Shown: positions 1 through 5,858, numbered from the stretch's first letter. The stretch is 13,360 nucleotides of DNA from Nanobdellota archaeon (GCA_034722435.1 JAYENX010000030.1:1-13360); one strand, 5' to 3'. Notes: generated by a model from the sequence alone, not told the origin. Made by a program: numbers and translations.

Positions 1-243
1 AAAAAAGGTATTAGACTCAGCATTGAAGGCTCTCAATTAGTTGGACCAAAAGCCCAAAAAAATATTGCAAAAATCAATAATGAACAAGCACAAAAATGGA
101 TTCGAGGTGAAGACATTAAAATTAAACAAGAATTTGAAGGATTTGTAATCATTAAACACGAAACGAATTATATAGGCTCAGGAAAATTCAAAGAAGGCAC
201 AATTCTAAACTTCGTTCCAAAAGTTAGAAGATTAAATATTTAA
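1..243 (+). CDS. 3' part of a PUA-domain protein (NIP7-like / RsmF-NOL1-NOP2 C-terminal PUA-type), 5'-truncated by the window edge
   Basis: Frame 1 is open from base 1 to TAA at 241-243: KKGIRLSIEGSQLVGPKAQKNIAKINNEQAQKWIRGEDIKIKQEFEGFVIIKHETNYIGSGKFKEGTILNFVPKVRRLNI*. The W-x-R-G-E-D, G-S-G-K and N-F-V-P-K-x-R-R pattern is what I recall for the RsmF/NIP7-type PUA domain. Not in the ORF track. Confidence 0.7.
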   Translation, partial: KKGIRLSIEGSQLVGPKAQKNIAKINNEQAQKWIRGEDIKIKQEFEGFVIIKHETNYIGSGKFKEGTILNFVPKVRRLNI

Positions 244-289
244 AAAATAAATAAAAATATTAATAAACAACAATTAAATTTATTATTAC

Positions 290-967
290 ATGTGTTTCAC
301 GCCAATCATATCATTATCTACCGCAATAATCGAATTCACATTAGCAACATTAATAATAATCTTTTTAAAAAAGTCAACCACTAATAAATTCTTTACAATT
401 TTAATTATTTTATTAGGTATCTACCAATTTACAGAATTCATGCTATGTACATCTAATAACCCTATTATATGGGGAATATTAGGATATATTACTTACACAT
501 TTTTACCCGCTGTAGGCGTTCATTTTGCAGTTAGGTTTAGTAAAACAAAATTCAAAAATTGGATAATTTATATTATTCCAATAACTCTATCCAGCATAGC
601 AATATTTACAACAAATTTTATTAAAAAAAGTGTTTGTAACACATTCTTCATTCTTGTCGAAACTATACTAAATAAAAATCTTATTTATTTATGGCTTTAT
701 CGAACATATTATCTAACCTTCATTTTTATAGGAGGATATATCCTTTGGAAAAAATATAAAATAGAAAAAAATCTAAACAAAAGAAGAATACATATAATAA
801 TAACTAGCGCAGTTCTAATTGCATTAATTCCTTCGATGATATTATATGCAATATCCCCATCATTACGGATAATGTTTGCTTCTGTATATTGTGAATTTGC
901 ACTACTTACTGCAATTATAATATTTATAGGTGCCTACTACGAAAATAAAATTAAAAAAAGAAAATAA
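290..967 (+). CDS. Standalone 7-TM membrane protein, resembling histidine-kinase N-terminal 7TM sensor regions, with no catalytic domain
   Basis: 225 aa with seven hydrophobic segments (approx. aa 6-26, 34-52, 59-81, 91-107, 132-153, 167-188, 195-217) separated by short Lys-rich loops. Motifs YQFTEF and FLPAVGVHF. The family resemblance is from memory, not from a search. Confidence 0.6.
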   Translation: MCFTPIISLSTAIIEFTLATLIIIFLKKSTTNKFFTILIILLGIYQFTEFMLCTSNNPIIWGILGYITYTFLPAVGVHFAVRFSKTKFKNWIIYIIPITLSSIAIFTTNFIKKSVCNTFFILVETILNKNLIYLWLYRTYYLTFIFIGGYILWKKYKIEKNLNKRRIHIIITSAVLIALIPSMILYAISPSLRIMFASVYCEFALLTAIIIFIGAYYENKIKKRK

Positions 968-968
968 T

Positions 969-1433
969 TTAAATATTCCAAATCTTATCTCCTACGTGAT
1001 GCAAATTCTTAATAACTTTTCCAGAAGTGGACTCTTTCAATTCTTGACTAGACATGGTTGAAATACCTATCGCAAGCGGTTTCTTATTATTCTCATCAAC
1101 AATCACCACAATATCTCCATTGACAATACCTTCATCAACATCTTTAATACCTGGCCTCATCACATCAGCACCATTAGCTATAAATTTAACAGCAGGCATA
1201 TCAATCACAATTTTCTTAAGAAAATTATTTTTCAAAATAAGTTTAAGAGTTGGAACCAACTTATTTTCATAATAAAAAAACAAAGATTCACTATTCACAT
1301 GAACAACCTTAAAACCATCCTCAAGAAGTTTAACATCATCTTTCTTAGTAATAAAATCACAACGTCCAAAACTATCACAAAGTTTAAGATTAATATCTTT
1401 AATATCCTTTTTACTTAACTGTGTTCTTTTCAA
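969..1433 (-). CDS. PUA-domain RNA-binding protein (archaeal TMA20/MCT-1 homologue, COG2016-like)
   Basis: Contains PTLKLIL, VIDMPAVKFIANGADVMRPGI, LAIG and GKVIKNLHHVGDKIW, the pre-PUA plus PUA signature. The TTG start overlaps the HAD TGA stop (TTGA), with a GAGG upstream. Confidence 0.9.
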   Translation of the reverse strand: MKRTQLSKKDIKDINLKLCDSFGRCDFITKKDDVKLLEDGFKVVHVNSESLFFYYENKLVPTLKLILKNNFLKKIVIDMPAVKFIANGADVMRPGIKDVDEGIVNGDIVVIVDENNKKPLAIGISTMSSQELKESTSGKVIKNLHHVGDKIWNI

Positions 1434-2140
1434 AGTATTTTCCTCAACTGTTTAAAATCTGTAACTGTATAATCTACATAAGAAAACTTTTTACCTTTTA
1501 ATTGCTCAGCCCACGAACCATACTTCATCCAAATAGTCTTCATACCTAATTTCTTAGCCAATTTCAAATCAACTTCAGGTTTATCGCCAACCATAACACA
1601 TTCTGAAGCTTTCAATTTCATCCTTTTAAACACATAATTATAAAAATATCTATGAGGTTTATTAACGCCTACATCTTCACCTAAAACAATCATATCAATC
1701 TTATCAAAAATCCCTACATTCTTAATACGTTCATACTTAATCTTTTTACTTCCATCTGAATCAGACATAACAACAATTTTATACTTCCCCTTAAGATAGT
1801 TTAACGTAGATTTAACATGAGGAAGCAATTTCGCATTCTTATTGATATATCCCCAATACATATGAACCAATCTTTCAATCTCTTTCTTAGATACTTTCAT
1901 TCTAGCCAAACTAAAAAACATTTTAAACCAATAATGTCTATCAAAAAACTTAGGCTTTTTCTTAACAGCACCAATATGAGACACTTCCATATCAATATCA
2001 TCAAACTTATCTAAAAAAAATAAAGGGAGAATTTTATGTTTTTTATGCAAATATTGTCCAATCTTCATCTCAGCTTTATGCTTTACTGTAAGAAAATCTT
2101 CCAAAGTATTATCGAAATCAAAAATTATAGCTTTAATCAT
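1430..2140 (-). CDS. HAD-superfamily hydrolase (C1-cap type)
   Basis: Motif I FDFDNTL, motif II region VVMSDS, motif III K in VNKP, motif IV VGDKPEVD. Confidence 0.92.
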   Translation of the reverse strand: MIKAIIFDFDNTLEDFLTVKHKAEMKIGQYLHKKHKILPLFFLDKFDDIDMEVSHIGAVKKKPKFFDRHYWFKMFFSLARMKVSKKEIERLVHMYWGYINKNAKLLPHVKSTLNYLKGKYKIVVMSDSDGSKKIKYERIKNVGIFDKIDMIVLGEDVGVNKPHRYFYNYVFKRMKLKASECVMVGDKPEVDLKLAKKLGMKTIWMKYGSWAEQLKGKKFSYVDYTVTDFKQLRKIL

Positions 2141-2376
2141 AAAATATCTTCTATTGGTTTTTGCTTTTTCTTTGATTTTGTAGCCCCTTTAGTGGCTTCC
2201 TTAGCCGCTTTTTCTAAATCAACTCCGAGATCTTTCAAAGCTTTTATGTGCATTTGCATCAACTGTTCAACAATGTTAAGCATTCTTAAAAGTTCTTCCC
2301 TCTCTTTAGCTAAAGTTGAAAGAGCACCTTTATGAAAACCAATTTGTTCATCTGGACTTTCTTTATTCTTTGACAT
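2137..2376 (-). CDS. Small helical/coiled-coil hypothetical protein (79 aa)
   Basis: GGTGA Shine-Dalgarno (+ strand 2383-2387) upstream of the ATG, and an ATGA overlap with the HAD start. Amphipathic helix QIGFHKGALSTLAKEREELLRMLNIVEQLMQMH followed by a Lys-rich tail. Confidence 0.8.
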   Translation of the reverse strand: MSKNKESPDEQIGFHKGALSTLAKEREELLRMLNIVEQLMQMHIKALKDLGVDLEKAAKEATKGATKSKKKQKPIEDIL

Positions 2377-2410
2377 TGAATATCACCGTTAATTTAAAAT
2401 ACTAGAACTA

Positions 2411-2419
2411 TTTATATAA
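2411..2419 (-). promoter_or_regulatory. Candidate TATA box for the 79-aa/HAD/PUA operon
   Basis: The minus strand reads TTATATAAA about 35 nt upstream of the ATG at 2376, leaving room for a short leader carrying the GGTGA SD. Confidence 0.4.
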
Positions 2420-2426
2420 GTTTTGA

Positions 2427-2594
2427 ATGAATAAACATTTCACTGCCAAGATTATTGCAATAATAGCTTCAATACTTGTAATCGCTCACTTAATCATTTT
2501 CGCATTTTACCGTTATGACTTCATTCTTTTCTTTATAGGATTCGGAATCTTATATCTTACAATACCTTTAGTAAAATGGTTAAGAAAATCATAA
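2427..2594 (+). CDS. Small membrane protein (55 aa, two TM helices)
   Basis: Manually translated, ATG 2427 to TAA 2594: MNKHFTAKIIAIIASILVIAHLIIFAFYRYDFILFFIGFGILYLTIPLVKWLRKS. It fills an otherwise empty gap and is a helical hairpin with basic ends. It is shorter than any ORF listed in the track. Confidence 0.7.
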   Translation: MNKHFTAKIIAIIASILVIAHLIIFAFYRYDFILFFIGFGILYLTIPLVKWLRKS

Positions 2595-2671
2595 AAACCA
2601 ATCATAAATCTATTTAAATAAATCGACTTTTAGAATACCAAAAAACGTAATACCCCCTCCTTAATATTAAA

Positions 2672-2690
2672 TATATTGCGCTCCAATATA
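2672..2690. terminator. Short stem-loop immediately after the DRG stop codon (possible terminator or 3' end-stabilising hairpin)
   Basis: TATATTG-cgctc-CAATATA, a 7-bp inverted repeat 1 nt downstream of the TAG at 2692-2694. It is AT-rich and weak. Confidence 0.3.
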
Positions 2691-2691
2691 A

Positions 2692-3843
2692 CTATTTCAA
2701 ATGAATTTCAATAACATCCTTATCTTTCAATCTATGTTTTAATCCAAGTTTTTGACCAGGAAACTTTGCAGACTTCCCCCATACTTTTACAAATTTAAAC
2801 TTAACAATAAAATCTTTATGTAACTTTCTACAAGCACCTTCAATATTAACTCCTTTTTTCAAAATTAAAGGTTCAGTCATATCAGCCTTCTTCCCTACTT
2901 CCTTCGTATAAACTCTGATAAAATTTAACTTATCAACTATCAAATCTTTCAAATTTTCAATATTAATTTTCTTATTAGCCGAAATCTCGATATCAGGTTT
3001 AAGTTGAACTCTTAACTTTTCAAGAGTTTCACCATCAACAAGGTCAACTTTTGTCAAAATAGTAATTCCAGGAATGTAAATTTTATTATTTTCAATAGAA
3101 TCAATTAATCTATCAGGAGTAATATTTTCCCTTATCACAACTTGAGCATTCATCATTCTAAACTCTTTCAAAATACCAATCATAGTTTGTCTAGTCATCC
3201 ATTTTTGCTTACAAGTCAAACCAAGATCAACACCCCCTTTAGAAGTTTTCTTAATAGTTACATCAGGCCTGTGCTGGTTTAATCTTAAATGAGTATCATA
3301 AATCTCTTTTTTGACTACATTATAATGTTCAGGATGTAATGAATCAACTAATACTAAAACTAAATCAGCATTCCGCATTACAGAAAGAACCTCTTTACCT
3401 CTACCTTTTCCAGATGCAGCACCCCTCACAATTCCTGGAACATCTAAAATTTGTATTTTTGCCTCCCTATGCTTCAGTAGTCCAGGTACAACACTAAGAG
3501 TGGTAAACTCATATGCAGCGACCTCACTTGCAGCACCCGTAATTACATTCAAAAGAGTACTCTTACCTACTGAAGGAAAACCTATGAGTATAACTGTAGC
3601 ATCTCCAGATTTGCTAACAGAATACCCTTCAAATTTAGGACCTGACTTAGATCTTGACTCCCTCTTTTCTTTTAACCTTGCAATCTTAGCCTTAATAAGA
3701 CCTATATGATGCTGAGTTTTTTTATTATACTTAGTCTTACTTATCTCTTTTTCAAGTTCTACAATCTCATCAGAAGTAGTCTTTTTTTTAGGTGCATCCG
3801 CCAACCTTTTTTGTTTTGAAACTTTTGGCTTCTTTTTTGGCAT
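2692..3843 (-). CDS. drg: DRG-family (OBG-like) GTP-binding protein with C-terminal TGS domain
   Basis: N-terminal KYNKKTQHHIGLIKAKIA, G1 GFPSVGKS, G2 YEFTT, G3 DVPG, G4 TKVD, and TGS motifs VKVWGKSAKFPGQKLG and HRLKDKDVIEI. Confidence 0.95.
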   Translation of the reverse strand: MPKKKPKVSKQKRLADAPKKKTTSDEIVELEKEISKTKYNKKTQHHIGLIKAKIARLKEKRESRSKSGPKFEGYSVSKSGDATVILIGFPSVGKSTLLNVITGAASEVAAYEFTTLSVVPGLLKHREAKIQILDVPGIVRGAASGKGRGKEVLSVMRNADLVLVLVDSLHPEHYNVVKKEIYDTHLRLNQHRPDVTIKKTSKGGVDLGLTCKQKWMTRQTMIGILKEFRMMNAQVVIRENITPDRLIDSIENNKIYIPGITILTKVDLVDGETLEKLRVQLKPDIEISANKKINIENLKDLIVDKLNFIRVYTKEVGKKADMTEPLILKKGVNIEGACRKLHKDFIVKFKFVKVWGKSAKFPGQKLGLKHRLKDKDVIEIHLK

Positions 3844-3862
3844 TTGTCAAGTAAAATCAGAT

Positions 3863-3876
3863 ATATTTATAAATAT
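3863..3876. promoter_or_regulatory. Palindromic TATA box shared by the divergent drg and mscS-like genes
   Basis: ATATTTATAAATAT is a perfect 14-bp palindrome with a TTTATAAA core. It is centred at 3869.5, which is 26.5 nt from both start codons (3843 and 3896). Confidence 0.65.
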
Positions 3877-3895
3877 TCTGAAAGTATACAACACT

Positions 3896-4453
3896 ATGAC
3901 ATTTTTAAGTTCAACGATAAATTATGTTAAAAATAACATAACTATCTTTCTAAAAAATCTTATTGTTGCAATAATCATTATTCTCATAGGAATCATAATT
4001 GCCAAAACAATTAACAAATTTATTTATAGAATTCTTAACGAAATCGAAATTAATCAAGTAATAAAAAAATTTGGTTGGAAATTTAATCTTGAAAAATTCA
4101 TCAGCAAACTCGTTTATTATGTAATTGTCCTTATAACTATTGCAATCGCGCTTTCACAACTAAAATTAGCCACAACTGTCCTAAACATAATTATAACAGC
4201 AACAATAATTTTAATTGGATTTCTTACTGTTATCTGGCTAAAAGATTTCTTTCCAAATCTTTTCACAGGTTTTCTAATCAAAAAAACAAAAAGACTCAGA
4301 GAAGGGAATACAATAACTATAAAACATATGAAAATCCAAGGAAAAATTAAAAAAATAGGATTAACAGAAATAATCATAATAACAAAGAATAAAGATAATA
4401 TATACATGCCCTACTCATCTTTCTATAGATACGATATTATGTTAAAGAAATAA
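3896..4453 (+). CDS. Short MscS-family mechanosensitive-channel-like protein
   Basis: Three hydrophobic helices, then LKDFFPNLFTG and the Sm-like beta domain GNTITI...GKIKKIGL...IYMPYSSF. No C-terminal alpha/beta domain. Confidence 0.8.
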   Translation: MTFLSSTINYVKNNITIFLKNLIVAIIIILIGIIIAKTINKFIYRILNEIEINQVIKKFGWKFNLEKFISKLVYYVIVLITIAIALSQLKLATTVLNIIITATIILIGFLTVIWLKDFFPNLFTGFLIKKTKRLREGNTITIKHMKIQGKIKKIGLTEIIIITKNKDNIYMPYSSFYRYDIMLKK

Positions 4454-4696
4454 TTATTGTATATTTTCTAACAAACTTACCACATTCCAGATTTGAGTTC
4501 TAGTATATGCTTGAAGATTTGTATCATCAGAAATTTCATCTAGAATATGTAAAGCTTTATTGACTTTCATAGAAATATCAGAACCTTCATTAAGCGCTTC
4601 AATAATGGCCTGAATTTTTGCCTTAACATTCTTAGGAACAGTTGAATCACTTGCCAACTCTTCAAGAACAGTTAATACATCAGATAATTCAGTCAT
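4454..4696 (-). CDS. UPF0147 family protein
   Basis: 80 aa with DSTVPKNVK, ALHILDEISDDTNLQAYTRTQIWNVVSLLE, the characteristic archaeal UPF0147 pattern. It overlaps the pfdB stop by 8 nt. Confidence 0.9.
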   Translation of the reverse strand: MTELSDVLTVLEELASDSTVPKNVKAKIQAIIEALNEGSDISMKVNKALHILDEISDDTNLQAYTRTQIWNVVSLLENIQ

Positions 4697-5024
4697 TTTT
4701 AAGTTCTTTCATAACCTCAGTCTGCATTTGCGTTGCTTTCTCTTTAACTTTAGCTTCTTGCTTTTCTAAAGTCTTAATCCTTAACTCCACCATCTCTTTA
4801 TCATCTTTAAGATCTTTCTCAAGAATTTCTTTTTCAGATGCAACCATAATATTCCCTACAATTTTATAAGCCTTAGAAGTAGTCTTAAGTTCTTGCATTG
4901 CAGAATCAATTTCAATAAGCTGTTGCTGAAATTGTTGTTTTTGTACTAATAAACTATGTAAAGATTGTTCAAACATTTGTAATTGTGAAATTTTTTGTTC
5001 AGCTTCTTTTGACATATTAGACAT
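4689..5024 (-). CDS. pfdB: Prefoldin beta subunit
   Basis: Coiled coil, beta hairpin (AYKIVGNIMV), coiled coil. I moved the start from 5048 to ATG 5024 because a GGTGA SD (+ strand 5030-5034) lies just upstream and it follows the pcc1 stop by 1 nt. Confidence 0.93.
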   Translation of the reverse strand: MSNMSKEAEQKISQLQMFEQSLHSLLVQKQQFQQQLIEIDSAMQELKTTSKAYKIVGNIMVASEKEILEKDLKDDKEMVELRIKTLEKQEAKVKEKATQMQTEVMKELKND

Positions 5025-5025
5025 A

Positions 5026-5247
5026 TTATTCACCTTTTGCTTTTTCATACACTGATAATAATTTTGTTATTGAATTAAGCGTCGCTCTTAATGCTGCAGG
5101 GTCCTGTGCTTTAACAACAAAATGAACTTCATCACCTTCTTGTACAACATCAAACTCCGACCTTGAAAATTTACCTTTTTCAACAATAAAGGCTTTGTAA
5201 ACCAAATCAACACTACCAACAACTTTCACAACAGCCTCATACTTCAT
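5026..5247 (-). CDS. pcc1: KEOPS complex subunit Pcc1
   Basis: 73 aa with the motif AQDPAALRATLNSITKLL. It sits between rpoP and pfdB, as in the conserved archaeal superoperon. Confidence 0.85.
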   Translation of the reverse strand: MKYEAVVKVVGSVDLVYKAFIVEKGKFSRSEFDVVQEGDEVHFVVKAQDPAALRATLNSITKLLSVYEKAKGE

Positions 5248-5381
5248 CTTGCTTTAACTTTTGTTGTAGTTGAACGCGGTTTGAAAAGAATTTTACTACC
5301 GCAATAAGGGCAACGTATTTTTTTTCTGATATAATCTACACTAACTTTCTTATTACAATTAAAACATTTATACGTAACCAT
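5244..5381 (-). CDS. rpoP: DNA-directed RNA polymerase subunit P (Rpo12)
   Basis: Manually translated: MVTYKCFNCNKKVSVDYIRKKIRCPYCGSKILFKPRSTTTKVKAR*. It has two CxxC zinc-ribbon motifs and the ILFK-x-R signature, an ATGA overlap with pcc1, and starts 1 nt after the rpl37ae stop. Missed by the ORF track (45 aa). Confidence 0.95.
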   Translation of the reverse strand: MVTYKCFNCNKKVSVDYIRKKIRCPYCGSKILFKPRSTTTKVKAR

Positions 5382-5382
5382 T

Positions 5383-5640
5383 CTATGCAACCTCTTTGAT
5401 TACTCTTGCTGTCGGTTCATAAGCTTTACCTGTAAACTTAGAATCACATTTCTTACAATGCCAAATACCTACACTCACTCTTCTTACAAAAGGTTTATGA
5501 CAAAATGGACATTTATGTTTAGCTCTATGCTGTTTCTCTATTTCATTAAACTTGTGCTTCAGAGTTCGACCATATCTCGCTCCAAATCTCCTCGCTGCAC
5601 CCAGCTTAGGATTCCGTTTTTTAGATTTTTTCTCTGCCAT
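5383..5640 (-). CDS. rpl37ae: 50S ribosomal protein L37Ae (eL43)
   Basis: RFGARYG, HKCPFC, RRVSVGIWHCKKC and FTGKAY signatures. Confidence 0.97.
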   Translation of the reverse strand: MAEKKSKKRNPKLGAARRFGARYGRTLKHKFNEIEKQHRAKHKCPFCHKPFVRRVSVGIWHCKKCDSKFTGKAYEPTARVIKEVA

Positions 5641-5659
5641 TTTTATTATCTTTAATATA

Positions 5660-5769
5660 TGGGGCTGCCCGGACTTTCGAGGTCTTGTCTTATTTATAAA
5701 ACTTACCTTTCGAACCGGGGTCGCAAGGTCCCAAACCTCGAATGATAGACCAAGCTACACTACAGCCCC
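5660..5769 (-). tRNA. tRNA-Pro(UGG) with a 35-nt intron in the T-loop; CCA not encoded
   Basis: The minus strand reads GGGGCTG TA GTGT AGCTTGGTCTA TCAT T CGAGG TT-TGG-GA CCTTG CGAC CCCGG TTCGAA[35 nt]T CCGGG CAGCCCC A. It has a 7-bp acceptor stem, a D-loop GG, anticodon TGG and a 5-bp T stem. The mature length is 75 nt after removing the insert. Confidence 0.93.
5674..5708 (-). other. tRNA intron at non-canonical position 59/60 with a relaxed bulge-helix-bulge motif
   Basis: Insert AGGTAAGTTTTATAAATAAGACAAGACCTCGAAAG. Outer helix CCCGG/CCGGG, 3-nt bulge AGU, central helix UUCG/CGAA, imperfect second bulge, inner helix AGGU/ACCU, then a GUUUUA/UAAGAC hairpin. Cutting 2 nt into each bulge restores the T-loop UUCGAAU. 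Confidence 0.8.
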
Positions 5770-5796
5770 TTTATCATCTGAGAAATCCCATAGCAA

Positions 5797-5811
5797 TTTA
5801 TAAAGGTTTCG
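5797..5811 (-). promoter_or_regulatory. BRE + TATA promoter of tRNA-Pro (and probably of the downstream rpl37ae cluster)
   Basis: The minus strand reads CGAAACC-TTTATAAA, with the TATA ending 27 nt upstream of tRNA G1 (5769). Confidence 0.7.
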
Positions 5812-5821
5812 CCAAAAACCA

Positions 5822-5835
5822 ACAACCTTTATATA
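5822..5835 (+). promoter_or_regulatory. BRE + TATA promoter of aRF1 (probably a leaderless mRNA)
   Basis: ACAACC-TTTATATA, with the TATA ending 23 nt before ATG 5859. No SD visible. Confidence 0.6.
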
Positions 5836-5858
5836 CTACATAAAAACCAGTTTAAACC

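Noticed and set aside
290-967. 7-TM protein as a microbial rhodopsin or heliorhodopsin
   Set aside because: There is no Lys within the seventh helix (FASVYCEFALLTAIIIFIG) for retinal attachment, and no rhodopsin motifs.
1054-2335. Plus-strand ORFs 1054-1272, 1817-2014 and 2036-2335
   Set aside because: Antisense shadows of the PUA, HAD and 79-aa genes, with no motifs or translation signals.
2651-2660. GGAGG Shine-Dalgarno-like sequence on the minus strand downstream of drg
   Set aside because: There is no suitably spaced start codon. The nearest TTG opens only three codons before a TAA.
3500-4869. ORFs 3500-3709 (+), 4117-4407 (-) and 4642-4869 (+)
   Set aside because: They lie antisense within drg, the mscS-like gene and pfdB/UPF0147. 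Their Ser/Ile/Phe-rich composition is typical of reverse-frame artefacts.
5025-5048. ORF-track start of pfdB at 5048 (MKKQKVNN extension)
   Set aside because: It would overlap pcc1 by 23 nt. ATG 5024 has a GGTGA SD and gives a normal-sized prefoldin beta.
5458-5803. Plus-strand ORFs 5458-5655 and 5552-5803
   Set aside because: Antisense to rpl37ae and tRNA-Pro, which fully explain the sequence.
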